Source of the DNA: a virus | Lineage: Duplodnaviria; Caudoviricetes | Virus record (IMG/VR): IMGVR_UViG_3300037470_000577 | Span: 1 to 64,000 of that record | Direction: 5' to 3' (one strand) | Length of the DNA stretch: 64,000 bases | In this document: piece by piece, positions 39,112 through 49,977 of the stretch | How positions within the stretch are numbered: the stretch's first letter is position 1 | Layout: every line of letters begins with the position of its first letter | Program-made: the position numbers and the translations under genes | The notes under the pieces: model-generated | What the model was told of the DNA's origin: nothing | The model's input: the letters and a program-made list of their open reading frames with translations, nothing else | Database searches by the model: none

Positions 39112-42100
39112 TTATTCCTCCAGCCACAACGGAGTAATCACACTGTTACCTAGTGTTATCGTAAAGCCAAAAGCCCAATCTCCTGTCTTATCAGTAAAGG
39201 TATCCCCGTTGTCAATCGAAACAAAGATGCCGGTCGTTGTCAGGACGTAATATTGCTGATTGTTATAGGGGAAGCCGCCTGCCGCCCGAACCATGCCGGA
39301 CACGCCTGTGGCATTGGCCTGACTCCAACTATCGCCACCATCAGTTGAAAGCCATAGCGTATCATCTTCTCGCCAATGGAAAAGGCGCATACGATTTTCG
39401 GTATAACTCTCGATGCCGTGCCGTTTGGCATTTGTGTAAATATCGGACCCTAATTCAGACCAGTTCGAGCCGCCGTCCTCGCTACGATACAGCCCTTCGT
39501 TCTGCCAAACGGCATAGATAATCTGGCCGGTGCTGTTGTTGTTGTATGGGTAATGAACGACGATACCGCCATCATTACCACCACTACCAAAATTGCCGAT
39601 GTCAACCAGGGTCCAGGTTACACCGGAGTCGGTCGTGTAGTAAAAACGACCGTTCCCTTGCTGGCTCTTACAGGCCACGCCCATCACAACTTGGTCGCCG
39701 ACGAGATGAGGTAGGTAATCTGCGCCACCAAGGAACGGGCGTATCTGAGTTGTGTTGACCGAACCGTCAGCAATAACGTTGTAACTCCATGACGAGCCAC
39801 CATCGGTGGTAATGGTACAAAGCAGGGCCATTCTGTCGCCATCGCCGATGTCTCCTTTTTGGTGAATAAAAGCTACCCACCCCTCGCGGTTGATACTTGC
39901 CATAATCTTACGGCCGTTAATATAGTCATTGCCTGGTTTGATAGATGAATACCCAGTCTCTATTTCAGACTTGCTAAGTATCTGTGTCCAGGTCGGCACA
40001 GTCTGGTCTAAGTCAACTGATTTCCAGAAGCCCGTCGTTGATGAGACATAACCTATCTGGAACGGATTCCAGGGGTCCAGCACGAAGTCATATAACGTGC
40101 CAGTAATACCTCCGGTGATGTCTGACCAGGAAGGCGACGAGGCCGACAGGTCGCGCGTTCTCCCCAACACCCCATCGACTAACACGTAGTTCGTTCCAAA
40201 ACCACCACCGGGCGTTGGGATTGGGTTTGGAACATCATCAGGCTCGCCACCGGGATCAATTGGAAAGGACAGACACTCAGTCGAGACGCCAGTACGAGAG
40301 ACAACTTCCGGCTCGAAGAAAGCAAAGCAGGTTACGAGACCTTTCTCGACACTGACCTGGATGGTAATGGTATCGGGGATAAGGCGCTGCCCGCTCCAGA
40401 CAACGCCAAGATTGTTGTGGTCGTCGTCAATGGCCCACATATCATCACGCGGTTCCAGGTAATCACTGTAGTCGCCCTGGAATAGGACAACCACTTCCTC
40501 TATCTCCCGGTTCTCTCTCGCCAGAAGCCGCCCGGCCAGTTCATTAGCGTGTTCCTGGGAGCGTAATGTCTGACGTTCCAGGCGAACAAACGCTTCACCG
40601 CCATATTCGGGAACAGGGCCAGGGGCAATGGCGCAGAAGCCTTCGGCCGTTGGGTTGCCGTCCCCGTCAAATGTGCCATCGAAATAGATGCCCGACACCG
40701 AAGCGAACGCGGCCGGTTTCCAGTGACGCTGCACGAAATTGAGGTTCGCACCCTTATCGGTATCGGTGATGGTCATGGTCGTGTCCAGCGTTGCCCGTTC
40801 AGCGTCGGTTAGTAGATTCAATATTGGTACAAAACGCAAGTTGCCGTTTCTGTCAGTGGCAAGAACACGCCTGACCCGGTTGTACATCGCCTCGGCCATA
40901 CCGTACAGCGTTCCCTCCTCGAAGTCAGTGGCGTAATTCAAGTCCATGCCGTCCTGCGCCAGGCCAGCAACATCGGCAATCTGAAATAGGGTCGAGTGCC
41001 TGAGATAGAGATGGGCCAGAGCTTCGCCGATAGACAATTCGTCAGCCGGGAATTCGTACCAGACATCGGGCGCGTCGTCACTGGTTAACGAGACCGAGAA
41101 TTGGAACTCGCGGCGCAGGTACTCTTCGACCGACACTATATCCATTGTGGTCGTGTTCACGCCGCGTGATAAGTCGGCAATGGCGCTGGCCCGATACAGA
41201 TAGCCAACGGCCAGATGATGGGGAAACACCCACAAGGTTGAGGGATACCGCTGCTCGTCGGCAATGACGGGCGTATTGCGATAGTCGTAAGGGACGGTTA
41301 GCAAATTAACGGTCTCGTCCGTATCTGAGAAGGTGACAGAGCCGTTGGCGCAGTTTACACTACCGGAAGTGGACAGGGTGATGCTGATAATGCCGCCCGC
41401 TGTCATGGCGCTGCCCGTCACCAGCCCACCGCCCGATGCAACAAAGCCTAAGTTACAGACCGTTCCATCTGGAGCGGGAGCGCCATCAACCATAACGCTG
41501 GCAGTGAAGGTGAAGTCCACCACGCATAACGGTATGGTAGAATCGGTGAAGGTGTAGCCAATGGACGGGTTGACATATAATTTATTGCCCGCTACAACCA
41601 TCTTGGCGAAGTTCCCCAACTCCATATCATTTCCGTAGACGCTCTCCTTCCACAGAACCGAGAAGGCCCGCTTTGGAACGGGCGATAAATCTTCCGCCCG
41701 AACAATAACCTGGGCAAATGAACCGCCCCGTCCAATGGAACGCACTACCTGATTGACGGTGAAATCGGTGATGGGGTAGGTTGCGTTGCCGGGTTCCGGG
41801 TTATGGGCAAAGACGCAGCGCCAGGTCGAGATGGATTGCCCGTTATCGTCATTAACCGTCAGTTTCAGCCAGTAATATTCCTGGGTTAGCGACGTTACCT
41901 TCACCGACCCCAGGCCCGTACCGGTATCGAAATCAACGGTCACACCGCTGGTTGGGTAGCACGACAGAGCATAGGAGGCTACGGCTGTCCCGGCCTGGAT
42001 GGGGTAGGAGTTGGAGGCATTGACGAAAAAGGTCAGCGAGCCGTTGCGAACAAATCCGGCCTTCATCGAGAGCGAGAGAATGGGAATGGGCGGTCGGTCT

Positions 42101-42534
42101 ACCGAGGACCAGGGGATGTCCCTGTCTTTGTAGAACGTTTCAGTCACAGGGTCGATGTAGGGATAGACGGCCCACAGTTGGTAGTTATGAATGAAGGTCA
42201 GGTACAGGTCGTTGATCCAGGGGAAGTTCTGTGCTGCCACTGTCACCGTCCCGGTTACGCCGCTGTCGCCTGAGGTAATGGCCCGAATCCGAATGATGCC
42301 GATGTCATGCGCTCCGGGCGATGTGCCAACCCACAAGGTTTGGGGCGCTTCGATAGCAGCGAAGTGACTGCCTGTTCCGCCGTCAAAGACAATCTCTGTC
42401 TCAGCATCCTCTATCTCGGCGTCGTTCACCCTTGCCGACCAGAGCGTCAGCGGTTTCAGAAACGAAAGATAGAAGGCTGACAGATGATGGTCGGCCCGGA
42501 GAAAGGCTAAGTCATTGGCGGAGATAACAGTCAT
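39112..42534 (-). CDS. large tail-tip/receptor-binding protein with C-terminal Asp-box (BNR) beta-propeller
   Basis: 1140 aa; TTDGGSSW, TTDSGVTW, SEDGGSNW, STDGGDSW and SIDNGDTF Asp-boxes after a PDDVPNPIPTPGGG linker. Confidence 0.75.
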   Translation of the reverse strand: MTVISANDLAFLRADHHLSAFYLSFLKPLTLWSARVNDAEIEDAETEIVFDGGTGSHFAAIEAPQTLWVGTSPGAHDIGIIRIRAITSGDSGVTGTVTVAAQNFPWINDLYLTFIHNYQLWAVYPYIDPVTETFYKDRDIPWSSVDRPPIPILSLSMKAGFVRNGSLTFFVNASNSYPIQAGTAVASYALSCYPTSGVTVDFDTGTGLGSVKVTSLTQEYYWLKLTVNDDNGQSISTWRCVFAHNPEPGNATYPITDFTVNQVVRSIGRGGSFAQVIVRAEDLSPVPKRAFSVLWKESVYGNDMELGNFAKMVVAGNKLYVNPSIGYTFTDSTIPLCVVDFTFTASVMVDGAPAPDGTVCNLGFVASGGGLVTGSAMTAGGIISITLSTSGSVNCANGSVTFSDTDETVNLLTVPYDYRNTPVIADEQRYPSTLWVFPHHLAVGYLYRASAIADLSRGVNTTTMDIVSVEEYLRREFQFSVSLTSDDAPDVWYEFPADELSIGEALAHLYLRHSTLFQIADVAGLAQDGMDLNYATDFEEGTLYGMAEAMYNRVRRVLATDRNGNLRFVPILNLLTDAERATLDTTMTITDTDKGANLNFVQRHWKPAAFASVSGIYFDGTFDGDGNPTAEGFCAIAPGPVPEYGGEAFVRLERQTLRSQEHANELAGRLLARENREIEEVVVLFQGDYSDYLEPRDDMWAIDDDHNNLGVVWSGQRLIPDTITIQVSVEKGLVTCFAFFEPEVVSRTGVSTECLSFPIDPGGEPDDVPNPIPTPGGGFGTNYVLVDGVLGRTRDLSASSPSWSDITGGITGTLYDFVLDPWNPFQIGYVSSTTGFWKSVDLDQTVPTWTQILSKSEIETGYSSIKPGNDYINGRKIMASINREGWVAFIHQKGDIGDGDRMALLCTITTDGGSSWSYNVIADGSVNTTQIRPFLGGADYLPHLVGDQVVMGVACKSQQGNGRFYYTTDSGVTWTLVDIGNFGSGGNDGGIVVHYPYNNNSTGQIIYAVWQNEGLYRSEDGGSNWSELGSDIYTNAKRHGIESYTENRMRLFHWREDDTLWLSTDGGDSWSQANATGVSGMVRAAGGFPYNNQQYYVLTTTGIFVSIDNGDTFTDKTGDWAFGFTITLGNSVITPLWLEE

Positions 42535-42576
42535 ATTAGAATTAGATTAAGTGTCCCATTATTAAGTATGTGTAAA

Positions 42577-42943
42577 TGTTATAATGTTTAGCAAAAGGAG
42601 AATTAAAATGGAAAACATAACAGTTGTAATTGGTAGTTTTGTTACTCACTCAAACTACTCCAACGATAACACCAGAAAGATAGAGTTCTCTGGAGAAAGA
42701 GTTGGTAGTTACAATTATCGCCATGACCAGAATCGTGGAGTAGATGAAGTGCTTTACAGAACGGGTGACGGGCGCCTGGTCGTTCACAAAACAAGCTGGA
42801 GCCATTGGCAGGGAGAGGGGACAGATTATTCCCTCGAAGAAGTTCAAGAATCCGACCTGCAAATCGGCGGCGAGTACGAAGCTCTGGGAATCGAGTGTGG
42901 CTACGGCCGTTCGTTGACATTGGATGAAGCTCTCGCGCGTTAG
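42577..42943 (+). CDS. counter-oriented moron gene with its own promoter (ORF 42608-42943)
   Basis: Perfect TGTTATAAT (42577-42585); AAAAGGAG RBS; LYRT..G..V.H...WS.WQGE motif. Confidence 0.75.
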
Positions 42944-43362
42944 AAAACCGGATTCTCATTAACGACCGTGACATTGTTCAACGTCAGCAGCACGTTCTGG
43001 TGCATGTGACTGCCCTCGAAAAGCATAGGGGCTGTAGCGGCAATGTCGGACAGGTCAGGATAGCCGGATATGTCAATCCAGTCGGCGGTGGGATTGCTGC
43101 CATCGAGCCGCTGAACGGTTAGATACAGCAGTCCCAGCCCGGCGTCGTCAACATAACGGCGTAGAGCGGCGGCTTGCGCCCTGGTCATCTTCTGCCACAA
43201 AACCGGGCAGTTGCGATAGCCGTGTCGGGAGACGCCCCCTTCGCCGCGTGACGCCTTCTCGGTATATTCCTTGTAGGTGGCAAGCGATGGGATACCCATT
43301 CCGGCAACGATCATGGGGATAAGGGTTGAATCAGATAGGCCAATTCGCCAGTTATATGACAT
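42940..43362 (-). CDS. distal tail protein-like
   Basis: 140 aa, immediately downstream of the tape measure gene. Confidence 0.55.
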   Translation of the reverse strand: MSYNWRIGLSDSTLIPMIVAGMGIPSLATYKEYTEKASRGEGGVSRHGYRNCPVLWQKMTRAQAAALRRYVDDAGLGLLYLTVQRLDGSNPTADWIDISGYPDLSDIAATAPMLFEGSHMHQNVLLTLNNVTVVNENPVF

Positions 43363-46300
43363 GGTTCAATATCTGCTCCGTTGCAATCTGTTGAATCATT
43401 GCTATTTGTATCTGAGAGAAGGTTGATGGGTCGCTCAACATAAGATTGATATTATTGGTCTTGCTGCTTCCAGCGCCCGTGCCGACCAGATTAGGAGATG
43501 GCACATTCGTTACCGGATTGCCCTGAGCCGGGCCGACAGGGGTGGGCGATACCGGATTACCGGCAGTGGGGAAATTATTTATCTGTTCCTGCAATTGGGC
43601 GATGAGCGTTCTAAGCTGGGGCGCGGTCATGGTGTTGATGGAGGGGATGAGATAGTATTTACCCAACTGCCTGGCTAACTCAATTGCCAGATTACGCAGG
43701 GCGTCAATGTCTCCTGCCCCGCCAGCCGCGCCACCGGCCGCACCGCCCGCGCCGTTTCCCGTTCCACCGCCCGATGGGTCTGCTCCTGGCCCAGCGCCAG
43801 CCGAACGACCGCCCCCGTCCAATTCCGCAGTTCTTTGGGCATAGCTTTGGCGAAGTTCATATTTGAGTTGCTCATAGCGTTGGATGATAGCCAACTCCTC
43901 GGCATATTTCATTTGCAGGGCAGATAACTTTCTGCTCCACCATAGCAGCAAATCCTGGTACTCTCGCTCGCGCCACAGTTTCAGAGCCTCAATGCGCTGC
44001 CGCTCCTTGATTTCCTGGTCGCGCAATTCCTGGTCGTACTGTTTGAGCAAGGCTTCATTACGGCGTTTGAAGGCCAGTTCCAAATCTTCTTGCTTACGTT
44101 CGTCCGAAAGGCGGGCGTCCTCTTCTTCACGACGAAGCCACTTATCCAAATCTTCACGCCGCTCTTTGGCCTTGTCCTCAGCGTCTCGCACATCCTTGTC
44201 ACGATTGCGGCGAGCCTCATCCAGTTCAAACTGCATCCGGCGTCGGATTCTACGCAGGGCAACGGCGTCGTTGTTGCGGACAGCTTCGGAGGCATCGAAA
44301 TCAAAGCGGCGGCGAATGTCCTCTAACTTGTCCTGGAAATCACGCTCGATGTCCAGCCGCTCTCTGGCCCGGTCGATGTCCTGGTCGGCTACCTTGCGGC
44401 TGTACTCGATGCCAATATCTTCCAGCTTGCGGCCCAGAGCAATCTCCCTGTCCTCAATATCCTGGATAAATTTGTCATAGCTCTTCACCAGGTCATCAAC
44501 CAAATCCTGCCATATCTTGCGGCGCTCTTCGGCTGACTGGATTGCCAGGTCAATCTCTTTACGGGCCAATTCAATATTGGCGTCCTCAACCCGTTCGGCC
44601 GCTTCCTGATTGGCCTCATCGTAGGCATCGGTTAAGGTTTTGCGAGCCTCGGCGGCGGCGGTGAGAGCCTCGCTTAACTCGTTGGCCGATGCCCTTTCCT
44701 GCAACATAGCATCGGCTACTTCTAGCGACGATGCAGCCTGTTCGTCCGCCGCCGCTGCATCATCCCTACGCTTTTGCTGTAGTTCCTCCAGAGCGCGAAT
44801 ATCTTCTTCTATGGCAGAAAAGTCAGCGCCCAATCCCTCTAAGAAGTCTCTCAGAGATTCTCCGCTCTCATCTCTCCCATAGTCAAAGTCATTTTTCCCG
44901 CCCGGTCGCGGAACGCCAAACCCGGCGTCGATGTCATTCAGTGTGTATTGAAACTCCCTTATAGACTTCGTTGCATCTTCGATATGGTTGATAACCGCCT
45001 CGGCAACAGCGAGCCATATCCTCATAATAATGACGGTTTTCTCAGCAAATTCAAGCGCCGACAGAAAGGCTTCTGGTATAGAATTTATGTCATCTGGAAC
45101 AAGATCGTCCGTCAGCCCAACTAAATGAATAGCCACCCCCTCGGCTCTTTCAAGAACCTCAAGTATCTGGTCGAAATCCAAATCATCAAGAGAGAGTTCG
45201 CTACCAATTTCCCCTACTCGGTTAATAACATTAGCAACCATATCTCCGACAGCAACGGCGGTGGCCTCTATCTCTTTCCGATTGTCCTGAATGAAGTCGA
45301 TAATTTTCTGTAGTTGGGCGGCCAGTTCCGTTTTTACCGGCTCGCCTAACACCTTCTCCATGATGTCGCGCAACACCCGGAGCGACCCTTCGACCCGATC
45401 CAACGTTCCTTCAAAGGCGTCCCAGCCCCGACCAGTCCGTTCAAAGAACACTTCCATACCGTGCAAGAGGCCGGTGAACGCGCCTTCGGTTTCCTGAAAG
45501 CCCTTGATAACGTCAATGTCAGTGCCAAGCAGACCGAACTGCTCCTGGAGAGAGCGGAATAACCCGGCCTGCCCCTGCTTGACAGCGCGGGTAATCTCTT
45601 CATCCGTTGCGCCAAAAGAAAATTTCAGGGTCGAGGCAACCTTTAGCGCCCGATCTAATTCCTCGATGCTTTTCACTTCGGCCGAGAATATCTTGCCGAT
45701 TGTACCGGTGAAGTCAACGCCAAATTCAACCGACCGTTCCAGCAGGTGGTCGAAGAAAGCGTCGGCCGCTGCGGTGTTACCCTCAAAAATATTACCAATC
45801 TGCCGCTCCAGAATTTCAAACTTGCGGGCGGCGTCCAGCGAATCCTTCACGATGTTGATGAATAAATCTTTGGCCTTGCCCGCTATCTGAACGACAACCT
45901 GGCCCACCTTTTGCAAGGACACAACAAAAGCCGCCACGCCCACTGCCGCCACAACCAGGGCCGGATTGATTCCTCGTAGGGCGTCAACAATGCGGAAGGC
46001 GCTACCCGCTCCCTGAACGCCCAACCTATCCAGGGTATTGCCTAATTTGTAGGCGGACACCTGGGAACGATTAACGCCTGCCGGAACCTCATCCTGGAAA
46101 TTCTTCGCCATGCGATTAGCCTGGGTGTTAAGGGTGGCAAGCTCTCTGTTGAACTGCTCGGCAGATGATTTACCGGTGCTAAATAGCTGCTGTGATTCAG
46201 CGGCGGCCGATTGAAGCGTTCTGGCAAACTTGGCGGCTTCGGCATTGCCGGTGTCAAAGAGGGAGTTGATAGTTCCTTTCAGCTGGCCCAGCCGTTGGTT

Positions 46301-46651
46301 GGCCTCTTGAACGTTTAAGGCTTCTTTTAAGGCATTGCTCTTGGCCGTGTCTGACAGACCCTTAGATAGCTCCCCAACCGAACTTCTTAACTTGCGGACT
46401 TCTTTCTCAAACTCCCGAATCGTTTTGGGCTGGTCGCCAAAGGCGGTATGAAACACTTCGCCCGTTTCCTGTCCTGCTCCAAGAGCGGAGCGAAGTTCTT
46501 TGGTTAGCCCGCCAATTTCTTTGCCCATTGATTTGAAGTGGGCGTTGGAGGATGCGGCCATCTTCCCGGCAAAGGCGTCTATTTCATCCAGCGCCTTAAG
46601 GGCCAGGGCATTGTCTATGTCAGCGGTTAACTGATAATCAGCGTCGGGCAT
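43352..46651 (-). CDS. tape measure protein
   Basis: 1099 aa; Ala/Glu/Arg-rich helical repeats and long coiled coil; canonical position. Confidence 0.85.
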   Translation of the reverse strand: MPDADYQLTADIDNALALKALDEIDAFAGKMAASSNAHFKSMGKEIGGLTKELRSALGAGQETGEVFHTAFGDQPKTIREFEKEVRKLRSSVGELSKGLSDTAKSNALKEALNVQEANQRLGQLKGTINSLFDTGNAEAAKFARTLQSAAAESQQLFSTGKSSAEQFNRELATLNTQANRMAKNFQDEVPAGVNRSQVSAYKLGNTLDRLGVQGAGSAFRIVDALRGINPALVVAAVGVAAFVVSLQKVGQVVVQIAGKAKDLFINIVKDSLDAARKFEILERQIGNIFEGNTAAADAFFDHLLERSVEFGVDFTGTIGKIFSAEVKSIEELDRALKVASTLKFSFGATDEEITRAVKQGQAGLFRSLQEQFGLLGTDIDVIKGFQETEGAFTGLLHGMEVFFERTGRGWDAFEGTLDRVEGSLRVLRDIMEKVLGEPVKTELAAQLQKIIDFIQDNRKEIEATAVAVGDMVANVINRVGEIGSELSLDDLDFDQILEVLERAEGVAIHLVGLTDDLVPDDINSIPEAFLSALEFAEKTVIIMRIWLAVAEAVINHIEDATKSIREFQYTLNDIDAGFGVPRPGGKNDFDYGRDESGESLRDFLEGLGADFSAIEEDIRALEELQQKRRDDAAAADEQAASSLEVADAMLQERASANELSEALTAAAEARKTLTDAYDEANQEAAERVEDANIELARKEIDLAIQSAEERRKIWQDLVDDLVKSYDKFIQDIEDREIALGRKLEDIGIEYSRKVADQDIDRARERLDIERDFQDKLEDIRRRFDFDASEAVRNNDAVALRRIRRRMQFELDEARRNRDKDVRDAEDKAKERREDLDKWLRREEEDARLSDERKQEDLELAFKRRNEALLKQYDQELRDQEIKERQRIEALKLWREREYQDLLLWWSRKLSALQMKYAEELAIIQRYEQLKYELRQSYAQRTAELDGGGRSAGAGPGADPSGGGTGNGAGGAAGGAAGGAGDIDALRNLAIELARQLGKYYLIPSINTMTAPQLRTLIAQLQEQINNFPTAGNPVSPTPVGPAQGNPVTNVPSPNLVGTGAGSSKTNNINLMLSDPSTFSQIQIAMIQQIATEQILNHVI

Positions 46652-47493
46652 TATCCAACCTTGCGAGCAGTGTATCGGCCGCCGCCATTTCCCGCTGCAA
46701 TTCCTGAGCGTAGGCCAGGAACTCCTGAGGGGCAGGGGAGGCTTTGGCCTCTTTCACTATCTCGATTATTTCTTTACGGTTCTCTTCAACCACATACAGC
46801 AGGTCAGGCGCAAGGCGGGTCGCTTCTATTCCCTGCCACCACATCAGATTTGCTAACTCGTACTCGGCAGAGAAGGGGGGTAAGGCTTCAAACAGGCCAT
46901 GTCCCGCCGCTCGCCGCTCGTAAGCCAATCGCCAGGAGATGAAACTAGATAGATCGACCAGTGACTTTTCGGAAAGCTCTTCTATAGGCTGCACGAATCC
47001 TCCTGTCTAATGCGGGTTCAATCAACTCGTTCTTGGCCCTCTCGGTATAGCCACCCGGCTCTACTGCGCCTTGTGTAACGCTGCGTGCCGAAACCCAATC
47101 GCCGTAACGGGAACCAGGTGCGCCACCCGAACTGGCAACGGCCAACCCTGTTTTCTTAACGTAGTTTGAAAGATAGCGCATGACGTCAGATGGATTCTTG
47201 GCCGTAATGGTCACGCCGCCATCCCGACCTTCGCTGTCCACCATATTCCATCGTTGCACAGCCAGTTCGTCGCCAACCGCCTTGATGGTCAAGATTACCC
47301 GACTGGCAGTTACCTGAACCGTGACTCGAAAGGAAATGTCTGAGTCCCAAAATCGAACAACCTCGTCAAAGTAAGTGCCAACCACCTCATCGCCAATGAG
47401 CTTCAACTCGCCGCGTATCTCATCATTCATAATCTTCCCGGCCGCTTGCGATTTAATTGGCCGTCGCTTGATGGTAAGTCCGGTCGGCATCAT
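46638..47493 (-). CDS. two tail-module ORFs (46638-46994, 46945-47493)
   Basis: Lie between the chaperone and tape measure genes. Confidence 0.55.
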
Positions 47494-48198
47494 TTCTTCT
47501 CCAATTTCTCAGCCAGCGCCAGCGCCTCGGTTATCTTGGGCAGGTTATTCGCGGCCACCCGCTGCACCCGTTCGGGCCAGGGCAGGTCAAGCCACTGGTC
47601 GAAGGTCATGCCGGTCTGGTTTATCACCGCAATCTCCCAGGTCATAATGACATCGTAGGCAGTCTTGTTTTCTTCATCGGCGATTCTATCCAGCGCCTCA
47701 AATACCTGTCGCCCGTTATAGGTCGCCTTCATGTCCTCGGCAAAGCATTTTGCCAGCGCTTCCTGAGTGACACGCGGAATAAGAACTGCATCCATGACCG
47801 CCACCCAATCGTCCTGGGTCGTTATACGCTGCCGGTCAACCTCCTGAACGCAGTTGTCCAGAATGTAGTGTAGAAACCAGCGCACAAAATCTTCAACCGA
47901 TTTCAACCGTTCCAGTTCGTGGGCAACGGCGCTCTTGAACCGCTGCCAGTCCATAAACTGCCACCAGCGGTTGGTGTGCGGCAGAAGCTCTTCATCGTCG
48001 GCCAGCACCGGCCGTTCCGGGGGCCGCTTAACAGCCGATAGATCATACGTTTCCTTGAATACGGCCTTGTCAATGGTGACGATTTCGTACTGGTAGGGGC
48101 CAAGAAGGGCGGGCTGTTTACCGTCCGTTTCAAAAAGAGCCAATCGCCTCAAGACGATTGGCTCTTGGTCAGAGGGCAGAATAATTTCTAGTTGCATC
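47490..48198 (-). CDS. tail assembly chaperone-like protein
   Basis: Follows the tail tube gene; probable start MQLEIILP; C-terminal W..LPW.ER motif. Confidence 0.5.
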
Positions 48199-49738
48199 CA
48201 CCAGATTGGGCCAGCAGCTTGTGAACGACGCCATTTGCGCCATCGTCGTCGCCGCAAATCCAATACTCGTTGGGCGATTCGATAGAGGCCGCCGCGCCAT
48301 TGTAGCCGCCGTTGGTTACAACCGATACCAGATTCCAGCTATTACCGGCGTCGTTGCTGTGCCAGAACTCGCCGCTTCCTGGGGTCGTCACATCAACAAC
48401 GCAGTAGATGTTGTACGGATCGCCTTCGGGTAAGAAGATGTTCTTAACCACATGAGCCGCACCAAAGTCCTTGACCTCAGACCAGCCCCCGGCATTCTCA
48501 CCCTGATTACGCGAGACGTACAGCGATTGTCCGTTTCCGGCAAAGAGCAAGCCGTCGCTAGATAGGGCTAAGGCAGTGAAAGCGCCGCCGCCCGATGGCC
48601 CGACACGAGCCGATACCGACCCTGACAGATTGCGTTCCACCAGGAGCGTGTTAGTATCGCCTCCAAACCAGACATCTTCACACTCGCCGTAACCGCGAAT
48701 GGCAACATTGATCTGAGCCAGGCCCGACGCAATTTCAGAATTGCTTTCGTGCTGGTCGGTTGAAACGTGGAGAGTTCCATTGTCGGTTCCATAGTAGGCT
48801 CGGAGCGGGAATAGTTGGGCCATCATGGTGATAATGTCGCCAGTATTAGCACCAACATTGACGTTGGTAAAGGTAATCGTTCCCTCAGCGCCGAAGGTGA
48901 TGTCGCCGTAGGCTATCTCGGCTGGGTTGCCCACATCGGTAAGGGAGCGGGAAACGGCAATCCTCATCCGGTTGCCGGTTGTGATTCCGCCCACGATATG
49001 GCCGATATGTTCGTCATTTCCAAAGGGGTTGGAACTCATAGCTGCCCAGGAGCCGCCGCCGTTAACCGAGTAGAAAACCTCAGCCGGTACGCCGGTGTCA
49101 GCCTGCTGGGAAACCATGATGTGTTTGCCAGGTCCACGATAAGCGGTAATACAGCCGCCAGGAACCGGATCGTTAATAACCAGAATACCGGTTAAGTCGG
49201 TGACGTTTAGGGCGTCGGTAAAGGTTAGGTTGGAGATGGTCATCGGCAAGAGCTTAAGATAGACCTTGCTGGCAACCGGCACTGTCTCGGTGACAATGGG
49301 GTCGCTGCCGTCCACGACCGGGCCATCCGTTTCCGTCCCGCCAGACGTTACCCGATTGCTGCCGAAATATTCCAACTGTCCACCGTTCAACCAGCCCTGG
49401 GGATTGTCGCGGGTAACACAGGGCGAGAAGGCCCGCCAGATAGGAAATTCATCCTGGGCCTTACCCCGCTTATCGAGATAGCTTTCCTCAACCGCCTTGC
49501 GAACGGTTAAGTTAAAGGTGTCAAGTCCGCTGGGTGGGGTCTTGAACGTTCGGGAAACAACAATCTGACCAAAGCGATTGTTGCTGTACTCCTGGTCAAC
49601 GGTCGGGACATTGTTTTTTGTTCGGCCTGTCAGCCCGTACCGGGACAGGGATAGGGGAACCAGGTTCGTTCCAATGCCGCCAACGCGGCCATTGGGCATG
49701 GCAAATAAGGTCATTTTGCCAGCTGATAAATCTGTCAT
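48188..49738 (-). CDS. probable major tail (tube) protein with C-terminal Asp-box beta-propeller
   Basis: Position between neck and chaperone genes; YSVNGGGSW and HSNDAGNSW repeats in the last 300 aa or so. Confidence 0.55.
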   Translation of the reverse strand: MTDLSAGKMTLFAMPNGRVGGIGTNLVPLSLSRYGLTGRTKNNVPTVDQEYSNNRFGQIVVSRTFKTPPSGLDTFNLTVRKAVEESYLDKRGKAQDEFPIWRAFSPCVTRDNPQGWLNGGQLEYFGSNRVTSGGTETDGPVVDGSDPIVTETVPVASKVYLKLLPMTISNLTFTDALNVTDLTGILVINDPVPGGCITAYRGPGKHIMVSQQADTGVPAEVFYSVNGGGSWAAMSSNPFGNDEHIGHIVGGITTGNRMRIAVSRSLTDVGNPAEIAYGDITFGAEGTITFTNVNVGANTGDIITMMAQLFPLRAYYGTDNGTLHVSTDQHESNSEIASGLAQINVAIRGYGECEDVWFGGDTNTLLVERNLSGSVSARVGPSGGGAFTALALSSDGLLFAGNGQSLYVSRNQGENAGGWSEVKDFGAAHVVKNIFLPEGDPYNIYCVVDVTTPGSGEFWHSNDAGNSWNLVSVVTNGGYNGAAASIESPNEYWICGDDDGANGVVHKLLAQSGGCN

Positions 49739-49977
49739 TATTCTTCCTCCTCATGGGTTAATTGGGATAACAAATAAGCCTCCCTTACCTGATAGACAAG
49801 CAAGTAGGTACTATAGCCAACAATGTGCGTACCGTGCTGGGGTAGGTTGTCCAGCTTTTCCAGGCTGTCAATACCCAATCCCTCTAAGGCGGCAATAACG
49901 AGCTTCGCTTTCTTGGCCGGTTTAACGATTTTGCGAATGTATTTATTGAACATAAAGCGTTCCTTACAGCAGAGCAA
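49738..49977 (-). CDS. small hypothetical neck-region protein
   Basis: Coupled ORF. Confidence 0.5.
   Translation of the reverse strand: MLCCKERFMFNKYIRKIVKPAKKAKLVIAALEGLGIDSLEKLDNLPQHGTHIVGYSTYLLVYQVREAYLLSQLTHEEEE

Noticed and set aside
37668-42534. Diversity-generating retroelement acting on tail genes
   Set aside because: No reverse transcriptase motifs, and no TR/VR pair differing at adenines was seen
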